NCBI GenBank assembly: GCA_023818965.1
Contig: JAMWCD010000008.1
Span: forward strand, 47,086-111,085
Origin: Candidatus Omnitrophota bacterium
GTDB taxonomy: Bacteria; Ratteibacteria; UBA8468; B48-G9; DTJG01
DNA: 64,000 nt
Direction of reading: 5' to 3'
Shown here: positions 28,776 to 38,135 of the stretch, one piece after another
Layout: each line of letters begins with the position of its first letter
Position numbering within the stretch: the first letter of the stretch is position 1
Notes under the pieces: model-generated
What the model was told of the DNA's origin: nothing
The model's database searches: none
Seen by the model: the letters and a program-made list of their open reading frames with translations, nothing else
Made by a program: the position numbers and the translations under genes

Positions 28776-29627
28776 TTATTCCAATTTATAGTTTAACAGT
28801 ATTGGCTGACCGTTTCTTAAAATTTCAACCGTAACGAGTTTTGATGAACTATTGATCACATTATTATAAACAGCATATGCCTTTGAAAGGCTGTCTATGA
28901 CTGTGCCATTAACCCTTTTAATAACATCTCCTGGCTGTATTCCAACCTGCGAAAAAATACCTGACTCAGGAATTCTGTTTACAGTAAAACCTTCTACCCT
29001 TCCATCCTGAATATAAGGTGTTACGCTTACAGATGCAAGCAATGATGGGTCTGAGCGAATTTTTTCTGTGATTTCATTAAGATTAAGAACCTTTGGTTGT
29101 TGCGGAGCAGGAATTTCAATGTTTGGATTTCCTGCAAGTGTAGAAGAAATTTGTACTCCTGATACAGTTTGAAATGATTGAGATGGAGGAATAACTTTAA
29201 CCGAAGTATCTTTTATTGTAATACCTGCTTTATCGGTCTGGGGCTTGGGAAGGGTTAATGTAACTTCTTTTTCGTCATAAAGAAATACAACAGAAGTTTG
29301 ATCTATTTTTAGCAGTTTCGCATTTTCAACAATATCTCCCTGGTTCAAGAGTAGTTCAGTTTTCGTGGCAATTTTTTCAACAATTGCCCATGAATCACCA
29401 TCAGGATTGTAAATGATTCCCTTCAACGATAAAATAGAGTCAAGTGAAGGGACAGGAGCAGGTCTTAAAATAGAACGGACAGGTTTTTGTTGAACTGGCA
29501 CCGGGTCAGCAAAAATTTTGCTATTGATAATTTTTGAATAATCACTCTTACCCTCGCAGAGTCCTGCGGCAAAGATACTGATTGCCAGGCAGATTAAGAT
29601 GTTTATAATCTTTCTCAATTTCATCAC
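28776..29627 (-). CDS. GspC-like protein (N-terminal TM, HR-like segment, C-terminal PDZ)
   Basis: TM 'IINILICLAISIFAAGL'. 'GIIYNPDGDSWAIVEK...GDIVENAKLLKIDQTSVVFLYDEKEVTL' is HR-like. PDZ 'GFTVNRIPESGIFSQVGIQPGDVIKRVNGTVIDSLSKAYAVY'. Confidence 0.55.
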   Translation of the reverse strand: MMKLRKIINILICLAISIFAAGLCEGKSDYSKIINSKIFADPVPVQQKPVRSILRPAPVPSLDSILSLKGIIYNPDGDSWAIVEKIATKTELLLNQGDIVENAKLLKIDQTSVVFLYDEKEVTLTLPKPQTDKAGITIKDTSVKVIPPSQSFQTVSGVQISSTLAGNPNIEIPAPQQPKVLNLNEITEKIRSDPSLLASVSVTPYIQDGRVEGFTVNRIPESGIFSQVGIQPGDVIKRVNGTVIDSLSKAYAVYNNVINSSSKLVTVEILRNGQPILLNYKLE

Positions 29628-30140
29628 TTATTATTATATCACAAAAATTAGATGAAGTAATTTTTCTCAACCTCCCATTGCATCCCCTCTTGAATCCCCC
29701 TATTTTCCCCCTTTTCCAACCTCCCTCTCATCTTCCCCCTTTTCCAACCTCCCTCTCATCTTCCCCCTTTTTTTAAATCTCTCCTCCAATTTCCCCCTTT
29801 TTCAAAGGGGGACTAAAGGGGGATTTTATCTTCAAAATCCACCCCAGCCCTCCAAAATCCCCCTTCCTTTCCCATTTTGCAACCTCCCTCTCATCTTCCC
29901 CCTTTTTCAACCTCCCTCTCATCTTCCCTCTTTTTCAAAGGGGGACAAAGGGGGATTTTATCTTCAAAATCCACCCCAGCCCTCCTTTAGAAAAGGAGGG
30001 AGACCGGTGGGGACAAAGGGGGATTTTATCTTCAAAATCCACCCCAGCCCTCCTTTAGAAAAGGAGGGAGACCGGTGGGGACAAAGGGGGATTAAAAAGG
30101 AGGGAGATTAAGGGTGACACAGGGGATTGAAAAAGAAGGA
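29628..30140. repeat. palindromic repeat array including a tandem (about 2.3x) duplication of a roughly 63-bp F1+F3 unit
   Basis: 'ggggacaaagggggattttatcttcaaaatccaccccagccctcctttagaaaaggagggagaccggtg' is repeated head-to-tail from about 29938. Confidence 0.85.
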
Positions 30141-30163
30141 GAGCAGGTGGAGCCACGAAAAAA

Positions 30164-30191
30164 TTGACACATTGAAAAAAATTCATACAAT
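30164..30191 (+). promoter_or_regulatory. sigma70-type promoter TTGACA-16-TACAAT
   Basis: 'aTTGACAcattgaaaaaaattcaTACAATtt', 28 nt upstream of the SD 'gggagg' and ATG 30219. Confidence 0.4.
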
Positions 30192-30218
30192 TTATTTCAA
30201 TAACCACAGGGAGGCATA

Positions 30219-32102
30219 ATGAAAAGCACAATCACAGTTGTAAAGAAAGTAAAAAATCCGGTTGTTGATTTTGCTGCGAATGAACTTGTTCGATATTTGA
30301 ATTTGTCAGGACTAAAGCAGAAACTTGAAATTGTCCTTGATCTCTGTGAAATGAGAGACGTCAATGACTGTATACAGATTAAACCCTGTAAACATGGTTA
30401 TTTAATTTGTGGTTCAAATCCATTCAGTGTATTATTTGGCGTCTACAGATTTTTGCAGGAACTTGGTTTCAAATGGATAAGACCTGGTAAACGTGGTGAG
30501 ATAATTCCGCAACTTAAAAATGTTAAAAAAAATATTACACTGAGCGAAAAAGCGTCATATAAATACAGAACAATTTGTATTGAAGGTGCTGCATCATCTC
30601 AACATGTTATTGATATCATTGACTGGGCAGCGAAAAATGGTATGAACGGTTATTTTATTCAGTTTGATTATGGAACGCACTTTTTCAGACGATGGTATGA
30701 GCATGATGATAATCCGTATATGGAAAAGGAAAAACTTGATGAAGAAAAAGTAAAAAACATTGTCACAAAAATTATAAAAGAAATTAAAAAACGGGGTATG
30801 CGTTTTGAAAGGATGGGACATGGATGGACCTGCAGGGCACTTGGAATAAAGGGTGAAGGATGGGATCCTGCAGTTGGTGCTATGGAAAGTGTACCTGAAG
30901 ATAGAAGAAACTGGATTGCTATGATTGATGGAAAAAGGCAGTTTTATCGTAATGTGCCTTTGAACACCAATTTGTGCTATTCAAATCCTGATGTTCGAAA
31001 TGCAATTTGTGATGCAATTGTTGACTATATCCAGCAGCATCCAGAAGTTGATGCAGTTCATTTCTGGCTTGCTGATGGTTCAAACAATAACTGTGAGTGT
31101 GAACAGTGTCAGAAGAAAAGAGTTTCTGATTATTATGTGATGATCCTTAACCAGATTGATGAAAAACTGACAGAAAAAAATATTTCAACGAAAATTGTGT
31201 TTCTTATTTATGTTGACCTTCTATGGCCACCTGAGTCAGAAAAAATAAAAAACCAGGACAGATTTATCATTATGTTTGCACCCATTACCAGAAGTTATCT
31301 TCAGTCATTTGCTGACGCAAAGGTTGAACAGGGAATTAAGCCGTACATCAAAAATAAACTTGAGTTTCCGAAAAGTGCAGGTGATAATGTCTTGTATCTA
31401 AAGAAATGGCAGGAAATGTTTAAGGGTGATGGCGTTGACTTTGATTATCATCTTATATGGGCATGCTATTATGATTTAAACCATTTCACGCTTGCAAGAG
31501 TTCTTTACAGGGATATTGTATATTTGAAAAATATGAATTTGTGTGGATTTATTTCATGCCAGAATCAGAGAGCGTCGTTTCCAACAAATTTTTTAATGGA
31601 TGTTATGGCAAAAACACTCTGGAATAGAAAAATTTCATTCAAAAAAATTGTTGATGATAGTTTTTCAAATGCATTCGGGAAAAAGGACGCCGAAAAGGTG
31701 GTTTCATTTTTAAGAAAAATGTCAGATTTATCTAAGCCCTTCTATGAGCCAGTGTTTATTCCAGTACCCGATGAAAAAAGAATAAAGCAGGGACTTGAAA
31801 ACATTGAAAAAATGAAAAAAATCTGTGAGCAGTTTAGACCCATTGTAAGCAAAAAGGCAAAGAATACAGAAGGACCAATCACATGGTCATGGAAATATTT
31901 TAATTACTATATTAAAATGCTCGATGTGATGCTTCCTGCAATGCAATCATATCTTAAGCGGGAATCTGATTGCAGGGAGAAGTTTGAAAAGGTTTTTGAA
32001 TTTGTGAGAAAAAATGAAAAAATTCTTCATCCTGCTTTTGATGTTTCAACATTTATCAAGGTGATGCACTGGAGAATCAATGAGGCAGAGGGAAAATCAT
32101 GA
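30219..32102 (+). CDS. hypothetical protein (627 aa), possibly glycoside-hydrolase/DUF4838-like; CxCxxC motif
   Basis: Good SD. No recognisable catalytic motif seen by eye. 'NNCECEQCQKK'. Confidence 0.6.
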   Translation: MKSTITVVKKVKNPVVDFAANELVRYLNLSGLKQKLEIVLDLCEMRDVNDCIQIKPCKHGYLICGSNPFSVLFGVYRFLQELGFKWIRPGKRGEIIPQLKNVKKNITLSEKASYKYRTICIEGAASSQHVIDIIDWAAKNGMNGYFIQFDYGTHFFRRWYEHDDNPYMEKEKLDEEKVKNIVTKIIKEIKKRGMRFERMGHGWTCRALGIKGEGWDPAVGAMESVPEDRRNWIAMIDGKRQFYRNVPLNTNLCYSNPDVRNAICDAIVDYIQQHPEVDAVHFWLADGSNNNCECEQCQKKRVSDYYVMILNQIDEKLTEKNISTKIVFLIYVDLLWPPESEKIKNQDRFIIMFAPITRSYLQSFADAKVEQGIKPYIKNKLEFPKSAGDNVLYLKKWQEMFKGDGVDFDYHLIWACYYDLNHFTLARVLYRDIVYLKNMNLCGFISCQNQRASFPTNFLMDVMAKTLWNRKISFKKIVDDSFSNAFGKKDAEKVVSFLRKMSDLSKPFYEPVFIPVPDEKRIKQGLENIEKMKKICEQFRPIVSKKAKNTEGPITWSWKYFNYYIKMLDVMLPAMQSYLKRESDCREKFEKVFEFVRKNEKILHPAFDVSTFIKVMHWRINEAEGKS

Positions 32103-33091
32103 CACACAGACAGAGGGTTATTGCTACAATCACAGGTGAACAACCTGACAGGGTCCCTGCTGATTATTACGGAACACCAGAGGCAACAAAAAAATATCTT
32201 CAGCAGTTACAACTGAAGGATGAGTTTGAATTAATTCAATATCTTGATACAGATGTTATCAGGGCTGTTTCAGGACCAGGAAAAATAAAATTTTCAAGAG
32301 AAAAAGAATTTATGAAAAATGTTTCAAGCGTTTCTGAAGTAAGAAGACTTTCAAAAGAGATTCCTTCAGTTGATGACCTTATGGATAATAGTCCCATTGT
32401 GGCTGCAAGGGAGAAACATTCGGATTATGCAATAATGACATATGGTCCAGGTTCAATCTTTCTCGGTGCAAACAGTGCATTTGGATATGAGACATGTTTG
32501 ATGCATCATGTGTTGAGACCTGATTTAATCAGGGAATTGATAAAATGCAGTATTGACTGGGCAATTGAAGTAATTGATAAACTTCACAGGGATACTGGCG
32601 ATGCTGTTGATATTATTTCACTTGAAGATGATTTTGGCACTCAAACATCACTTTATATCAGTTATGAGATGTTTCTTGAATTCTATAAGCCTGCCTTTTC
32701 AGAGATTATCAGGCACATCAAAAATTACGGGTATTTTGTTCAGTTTCATTCTTGTGGCGCAGTATCTCAATTGATACCTGATTTTATTGAGATGGGTGTT
32801 GATATTCTTGATCCTGTTCAGGTTTCAGCAAAGGGCATGGATATAGAAACACTGGCTAAAAGATTTAAGGGAAAAATTTGCTTCCATGGTGGAATTGATA
32901 CGCAAAAACTCCTTCCATACGGTACACCTGATCAGGTCAGGAGAGAAGTTGAAAAAATTATAAAAATATTTGAAGGCAGAAAAATTTTCATTGCTCCATC
33001 ACAGAATTTTTTGCCTGACATACCAGTGGAGAATTTGATTGCAATGTTTACTGCACCAAGGACAATTTCCTGTGATGAAAAACCAGATTAA
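32099..33091 (+). CDS. uroporphyrinogen decarboxylase (URO-D/MtaA) family protein
   Basis: 'GVDILDPVQ...ICFHGGIDTQKLLPYGTPDQVRREVEKIIKIF...IFIAPSQN' matches the URO-D family C-terminal region. ATGA overlap with the upstream gene. Confidence 0.6.
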   Translation: MTHRQRVIATITGEQPDRVPADYYGTPEATKKYLQQLQLKDEFELIQYLDTDVIRAVSGPGKIKFSREKEFMKNVSSVSEVRRLSKEIPSVDDLMDNSPIVAAREKHSDYAIMTYGPGSIFLGANSAFGYETCLMHHVLRPDLIRELIKCSIDWAIEVIDKLHRDTGDAVDIISLEDDFGTQTSLYISYEMFLEFYKPAFSEIIRHIKNYGYFVQFHSCGAVSQLIPDFIEMGVDILDPVQVSAKGMDIETLAKRFKGKICFHGGIDTQKLLPYGTPDQVRREVEKIIKIFEGRKIFIAPSQNFLPDIPVENLIAMFTAPRTISCDEKPD

Positions 33092-33707
33092 ACAAATCAT
33101 TTCATTGTACAATCGTATAAAACCTGAGATTGAGAAAAAACTTAAAATTTTTTCAAAAAAGGGTGAATTACTGGATAAAAAAGAAATACTTGATGAACTG
33201 TGTTTTTGCATTTTAACACCGCAATCAAAAGCAGAAATATGCTGGGGATGCATTGAAAAAATTAGAAAAAACAAACTCATTGAGCACGGTAAATACCATG
33301 ATATTTTAAATTGTTTGAAATCAGTGAGATTTTACAGGACAAAGGCAGGAAGAATTATTGAGGCAAAAAAATATATTGATGAACTGATTGATGTTCTAAA
33401 ATCTGAAAAAGACCCTTGTGAAATAAGGCAGTGGATTGTTGAAAATATCAAAGGACTTGGAATGAAGGAAGCAACACATTTTTTAAGAAATATTGGAAAA
33501 TCAGGAAACCTTGCAATTCTTGATAGACATATTTTGAGGAAACTTCAAAAACTCAAAATTATAAAAGAAGTCCCTGCCAGTATAAATAAGAGGAAATACA
33601 TTGAAATCGAAAAGAAAATGCAGAATTTTGCAAAGAAAATCAAAATTCCTGTATCTCATCTTGATTTTGTTTTCTGGTATCAGGAAACAGGAAGAATCTT
33701 TAAATAA
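33075..33707 (+). CDS. ogg: N-glycosylase/DNA lyase, archaeal/thermophile-type 8-oxoguanine glycosylase (Ogg2 family)
   Basis: 'LCFCILTPQSKAE', 'IKGLGMKEATHFLRNIG', 'AILDRHILR', 'RKYIEIEKKM...LDFVFWYQETGRIFK' align closely with Methanocaldococcus-type Ogg. The start at ATG 33075 is chosen over 33039. Confidence 0.75.
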   Translation: MKNQIKQIISLYNRIKPEIEKKLKIFSKKGELLDKKEILDELCFCILTPQSKAEICWGCIEKIRKNKLIEHGKYHDILNCLKSVRFYRTKAGRIIEAKKYIDELIDVLKSEKDPCEIRQWIVENIKGLGMKEATHFLRNIGKSGNLAILDRHILRKLQKLKIIKEVPASINKRKYIEIEKKMQNFAKKIKIPVSHLDFVFWYQETGRIFK

Positions 33708-33830
33708 TCGCTCTTTCAGCAACCTCCCCTTTTCAAAATCCCTCTGGGGGATTAAAATCTCCCCCAGCCCCCTCTTTGGGAAAGAAAGGAGGTGGCAAAG
33801 GGGGACAAAGGGGGTTGAAAATGAGCACAG
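33708..33830. repeat. palindromic repeat array
   Basis: 'ggattaaaatctcccccagccccctctttgggaaagaaagg'. Confidence 0.6.
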
Positions 33831-33891
33831 CAGCCGGAGAAAGAGAAGATGGGTTTGACTGATGCAATCAATTTTCGTATAATTAGTTTCT

Positions 33892-34539
33892 ATGATGATA
33901 GCACCATCTCTTCTTTCTGCTGATTTTGCAAATCTTGGGAAGGAAGTTAGTGCCATAACAGAAGCTGGCGCTGACCTGATTCATTTTGATGTCATGGATG
34001 GTCATTTTGTGCCGAATATTACCTTTGGTCCGATGATTCTTGCTGCAATCAGAAAATATACAGCATTGCCTTTTGAGGCACATTTGATGATCAGTCATCC
34101 ACAAAAGTACTGGAAGCAATTTTCTGATTCAGGTGCCGACATTATTGGTTTTCATATTGAAGCAGATGTCAAACATACTGAACTTGTTGATAAAATTCAT
34201 AAGGCAGGGAGAAAGGTTTGTATTGTTGTTAATCCACCCACTGACATTAAAACGATAGAGAAATTACTTCCAGATGTTGATATTGTACTTGTGATGACTG
34301 TAAATCCTGGTTTTGGTGGACAGAAGTTTATTTCATCAAATCTTAAAAAAATTGAGTGGCTTGACCAGCAGAGGAAGACGAAAAATTTTAAATTTTTGAT
34401 TGAGGTGGATGGTGGGATTAATTATGAGACAGCACCCCTTGTAAAAAGGGCAGGAGCAGATATTATTGTTGCAGGTTCTTTTATTTTTGGAAGCAAAAAC
34501 TACGCTGAAACAATAAAAAATCTAAGATGCTGCAAATAA
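33892..34539 (+). CDS. rpe: ribulose-phosphate 3-epimerase
   Basis: 'IAPSLLSADFANLG...DLIHFDVMDGHFVPNITFGP...VNPGFGGQKFI'. Promoter TTGACT-17-TATAAT at 33855-33883. Confidence 0.9.
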   Translation: MMIAPSLLSADFANLGKEVSAITEAGADLIHFDVMDGHFVPNITFGPMILAAIRKYTALPFEAHLMISHPQKYWKQFSDSGADIIGFHIEADVKHTELVDKIHKAGRKVCIVVNPPTDIKTIEKLLPDVDIVLVMTVNPGFGGQKFISSNLKKIEWLDQQRKTKNFKFLIEVDGGINYETAPLVKRAGADIIVAGSFIFGSKNYAETIKNLRCCK

Positions 34540-35756
34540 AAACACAGGATATTCATAAGATTCTGGCGGAAAGGTCAAAGAAATCAGAGTCAGTGGAAAA
34601 AAAGGTTTCTAAAATTATTTCTGATGTTGAAAGAAACCGTGATGTTGCACTTCGCTACTGGACGAAGAAACTTGATGGTGTTGATATTGAACAGTTTTCA
34701 GTAAGTGAACAGGAAATAAAATCTGCCATTAAGAAAATTACTCCGTCTGATAGAAAAGTGATCAAACATGCAATTGAAAGGATAACCAGGTATCACAAAA
34801 AACAATTTGTCAAGCAATTTACTGTAAAAGAACGTGGTATTGAAATTTCTTTTAAAACAAAACCGATTGAAAAAGCAGGAATTTACATCCCTGGTGGGAC
34901 ATTTCCCCTTGTATCTACGGTGCTGATGACTGCAATACCTGCAAAAGTTGCAGGTGTAAAAGAAATTATTGCCTGTAGTCCGCCATCTTATAATGGTAGC
35001 ATTCATCCTTATATTATTGGTACACTTGCGATGCTTGAAATAAGAAAAATTTTTAAAGTTGGCGGAAGTCAGGCGATTGCTGCTATGGCTTATGGCACAG
35101 AAAGCATTCCAAAGGTTAATTTTATTGCTGGTCCTGGCAATATTTACGTCAATTGTGCAAAGAAAATTCTTACAGGAAAAGTGGGAATTGATTTACTGGC
35201 TGGACCAAGTGAACTTGTTGCACTTGTTGACGAGTCAGCGAATGCTGATTTTATTGTAACAGACCTGAATGCTCAGGCAGAACACAGCAACAGTATTGTT
35301 TTTCTTCTTTCCTTTGATAAAAATACTGGCGAACAGATATCTTGCAGGGTAAACCAGGGTTACTGGATGAAAATAGATTCAGTTGAGGAAGCAATAGAAA
35401 TTATAAACACCATTGCTCCTGAACATCTCCAGATCGTTTGCAAAAATCCCGAAAAAATTTCTGAATCTGTCGTTGCAGGAGCAATATTTATAGGCAACTA
35501 CAGCCCATGTGCAATTGGTGACTATATTGCCGGACCAAGTCATACCCTTCCAACTGGTTCCAGTGCATCTTTTAACTCAGGGCTCAATGTCTTTGATTTC
35601 ATCAGAAGTTATGCTGTAATCAAGGCGAACTGGCAATTTTTTAAAAAAAATGGTATCATTGCTGAAAGAATTGCAGAGATTGAAAATTTGTTTGGTCATC
35701 AGGCATCAATAAAAATAAGAAGAGAAAACATAGATCCAGAAAGGAGAGCCAAATGA
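34527..35756 (+). CDS. hisD: histidinol dehydrogenase
   Basis: 'LLAGPSELVALVDESANADFIVTDLNAQAEHSNS', 'IAPEHLQIV', 'YIAGPSHTLPTGSSA'. Confidence 0.85.
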   Translation: MLQIKTQDIHKILAERSKKSESVEKKVSKIISDVERNRDVALRYWTKKLDGVDIEQFSVSEQEIKSAIKKITPSDRKVIKHAIERITRYHKKQFVKQFTVKERGIEISFKTKPIEKAGIYIPGGTFPLVSTVLMTAIPAKVAGVKEIIACSPPSYNGSIHPYIIGTLAMLEIRKIFKVGGSQAIAAMAYGTESIPKVNFIAGPGNIYVNCAKKILTGKVGIDLLAGPSELVALVDESANADFIVTDLNAQAEHSNSIVFLLSFDKNTGEQISCRVNQGYWMKIDSVEEAIEIINTIAPEHLQIVCKNPEKISESVVAGAIFIGNYSPCAIGDYIAGPSHTLPTGSSASFNSGLNVFDFIRSYAVIKANWQFFKKNGIIAERIAEIENLFGHQASIKIRRENIDPERRAK

Positions 35757-36328
35757 GTATGGAAATGATTCCAAGATTGCTCATATTTGTAAATGCAGGG
35801 CTGGCTATTTTATGCCTTCTGGTTGGATTGGTTGTTTATCAGATTAATAAAACCAAAGGACTGGTAAGCATTCTTCTTGCACTTGTATTTTCAGCTGTTG
35901 TTGGGTATTACTGTTATCTTTCATTTTTTGAGACATCAAAGCTTTCAACAGGAATGACAGCAGGTCTGAAAACAGGACCTGTTACTGTAAGTCCGGGGCA
36001 GAGTCCGATAATGGTAAAGATTGAAACAGAAGACGGTAGTCAATTAAATGTTGAGGATGGTGACTATCTTGATGTAAAAAATAATGTTGCAATCAAGATT
36101 ACAGGAGTATTTCAGAATGGAAATCAAGTTGAAAATGTAAGGGTAAATGTGATTGGATTTGCTCCTGCTGATAATCCAGGTACAAAAAATGATACTGGAT
36201 ATCTTTTTTCATATAAGGATATGATACGAAAATTTGCGATTGATGATGAAAAGACAACTTACAAAGTTGAAATAAAGAAAAATGACGGATCGTCTCTGGG
36301 AGAAGTATACTTAAGATTTATCAAATGA
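35753..36328 (+). CDS. hypothetical membrane protein
   Basis: Two N-terminal TM helices. ATGA overlaps on both sides. Confidence 0.55.
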   Translation: MSMEMIPRLLIFVNAGLAILCLLVGLVVYQINKTKGLVSILLALVFSAVVGYYCYLSFFETSKLSTGMTAGLKTGPVTVSPGQSPIMVKIETEDGSQLNVEDGDYLDVKNNVAIKITGVFQNGNQVENVRVNVIGFAPADNPGTKNDTGYLFSYKDMIRKFAIDDEKTTYKVEIKKNDGSSLGEVYLRFIK

Positions 36329-36951
36329 AAAAAGCCATCATTGTTAGCTTTGAGGGCATAGATGGTTGTGGCAAATCTACGCAAGCAAAAAAATTTGTAA
36401 ATTACCTGAGAAAAAATAATTTTGATACGCTTTTTTTCAGGGAGCCAGGGACAACGAAAATCGGGAAAAAACTGAGGAAAATTTTACTCAGTAAAAATGA
36501 TGATATTTCCTTCTTCACTGAACTTCTTTTATATCTTGCCGCAAGAAACGAACTTGTGGAGAAAAAAATTCTTCCAGAAATTTTTAAGAAAAAAATTATT
36601 GTGCTGGATAGATTTATTGATTCCACGCTTGCCTATCAGGGATATGGAAGAAAATTGCCTCTTGAATTTATCGAAAAGGCACATCAAATTATTCTCAGAG
36701 GTATAAAGCCGGATTTAACATTTGTTATTGATAGCCCTGCACATGAGTTGAAAACTGCTATTGGTAAGAATCCTGACCGCCTTGAAAAGTCACTGAAATT
36801 TCAGGAAAGGGTAAGGAAAGGTTATAAAACAATCGCCACTGAAGAACCCGAAAGGGTAAAAATTGTAAAAAGAAAGAGTATTGAACAAACATTTAAACAA
36901 ATTCTGGACATCTGGAACGAGTTTTTAGATGAACATCAAGGAAATTACTGA
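36325..36951 (+). CDS. tmk: thymidylate kinase
   Basis: 'IVSFEGIDGCGKSTQAKKF...FREPGTTKIGKKLRKIL' (P-loop plus lid). Confidence 0.9.
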   Translation: MKKAIIVSFEGIDGCGKSTQAKKFVNYLRKNNFDTLFFREPGTTKIGKKLRKILLSKNDDISFFTELLLYLAARNELVEKKILPEIFKKKIIVLDRFIDSTLAYQGYGRKLPLEFIEKAHQIILRGIKPDLTFVIDSPAHELKTAIGKNPDRLEKSLKFQERVRKGYKTIATEEPERVKIVKRKSIEQTFKQILDIWNEFLDEHQGNY

Positions 36952-37777
36952 ATTTTTCAAAAAATCTGTTGAGAAAAACAGGGTCTGTCATGCAATCATT
37001 ATCTATGGTGGTTCATATGAAACAAGAAGCCATGCATCCCTGATTGCTGCAAAAATTCTTGAATGTCAGAACTCACCTGAAATTTGCGGAAAATGTTATT
37101 CATGTAGAACTATTGAATCAAAAAATTATCCTGACCTTCACATCATAAAACCAGAGAAAAGAAATCTATCCATTGATGAGGTCCGCTCGATTAAAGAACA
37201 GATGTATATAAAGCCATATCTTGGTAGATACAGAATTTTTGTCATTGAATCTGACTGGATGCAGGCACCTGCTGCAAACAGTTTATTGAAAATTCTTGAA
37301 GAACCACCTGCCTATGGAATTATAATAATTCTCACCCGGAATAATAAAAATTTTGTTCCTACAATCGTTTCCCGTGCAATAAATTTGAGATTGAACATTG
37401 AAATTGAAAATCTTGAGAAAGATAATTTTGATAGGATTCAAAACCTTATTAACTCAACAAATCAAAAGAAACTTGCACAGATGATTGAGATAGCAGGCGA
37501 AATCGCAAAAGATTCAACAAGGGAAGAGATTGAAGAAATCTTTGATACAATGATTTTATCAGCAAGGCACAACCTCCTTGAAAATATTGCAATTGGCGAA
37601 TCACCGTTGCACCAGAGTCAATCATCGGGTATAATTAAACTGGATGACTATAGGATACTAAGCAAAATTCTTGATAAAAGAGTTTATCTGAAGTTCAATG
37701 TAAACATCAGAATGTTTCTGGAAGTTCTGGCATTGTATATTTCTGTGCCGAAGTGGCGGAACTGGCAGACGCGCTAG
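36929..37777 (+). CDS. holB: DNA polymerase III delta-prime subunit
   Basis: 'HAIIIYGG', a zinc module 'CGKCYSCRTIESKNYPDLHII', and 'ILEEPP'. The 3' end overlaps tRNA-Leu by 31 nt. Confidence 0.8.
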   Translation: MNIKEITEFFKKSVEKNRVCHAIIIYGGSYETRSHASLIAAKILECQNSPEICGKCYSCRTIESKNYPDLHIIKPEKRNLSIDEVRSIKEQMYIKPYLGRYRIFVIESDWMQAPAANSLLKILEEPPAYGIIIILTRNNKNFVPTIVSRAINLRLNIEIENLEKDNFDRIQNLINSTNQKKLAQMIEIAGEIAKDSTREEIEEIFDTMILSARHNLLENIAIGESPLHQSQSSGIIKLDDYRILSKILDKRVYLKFNVNIRMFLEVLALYISVPKWRNWQTR

Positions 37778-37830
37778 GTTCAGGACCTAGTGGTGGCAAC
37801 GCCGTCGGGGTTCAAATCCCCGCTTCGGCA
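37747..37830 (+). tRNA. tRNA-Leu (anticodon CAG), class II with long variable arm
   Basis: Acceptor GCCGAAG/CTTCGGC. Anticodon arm CTAGG-TTCAGGA-CCTAG. T-arm GGGG-TTCAAAT-CCCC. Discriminator A. CCA is not encoded. Confidence 0.85.
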
Positions 37831-37974
37831 CAAATTTTTTTTCTCACGGGGATTTGAATTGGAGCGAAGTAAGGGATTGCGAGCTGGCGCAGCAATCCCA
37901 GCGGACGGCGACCCGAGCCGTAGTGGGAGGCGAGGGCGCCAAATCCCCGCTTCGGCACAATTTTTTTTCTTACG

Positions 37975-38135
37975 GGGATTCACCTCCTTTTATCCACCCT
38001 TATCTCCCTCCTTTTTTAAAGGAGGGTGGGGGTGGATTTAAATCCCCCTTTTGTCCCCCTTTGCGAAAGGGGGAAATTATATTTTACTTCCTCCTTTTTT
38101 AAAGGAGGGTTGGGGGTGGATTTTTCCAATCAAAA
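37975..38135. repeat. perfect long palindromes 'aaatccacccccaccctccttttttaaaggagggtgggggtggattt' (two copies) flanking an F1 unit
   Basis: Roughly 20-bp perfect stems with an A/T loop. Confidence 0.8.

Noticed and set aside
33883-34119. ORF 33883..34119(-) and other antisense ORFs in housekeeping genes (28159..28521+, 30594..30821-, 32574..32774+, 32999..33280-, 34698..35006-, 35059..35259+, 36402..36626-, 36497..36706+, 38183..38371-, 38681..39174 set, 39310..39627+, 40574..41484 set, 43497..43709+, 43802..43996-, 44056..44292+, 44412..44669-, 45334..45519-, 45734..46115-, 47354..47673 set, 47807..47995-, 48351..48611+, 49095..49289+, 51034..51796 set, 51756..51995-, 52299..52975 set, 54731..55553 set, 55754..56102 set, 56127..56631 set, 57488..57763-)
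   Set aside because: They overlap confidently identified conserved enzymes on the other strand or frame, and have no independent signals.
37831-37965. A second full tRNA between the duplicated tRNA-Leu 3' ends
   Set aside because: The segment has hairpins but no acceptable cloverleaf (no matching acceptor 5' strand or anticodon arm) by manual folding. It is kept as a finding (att-like footprint) rather than a feature.
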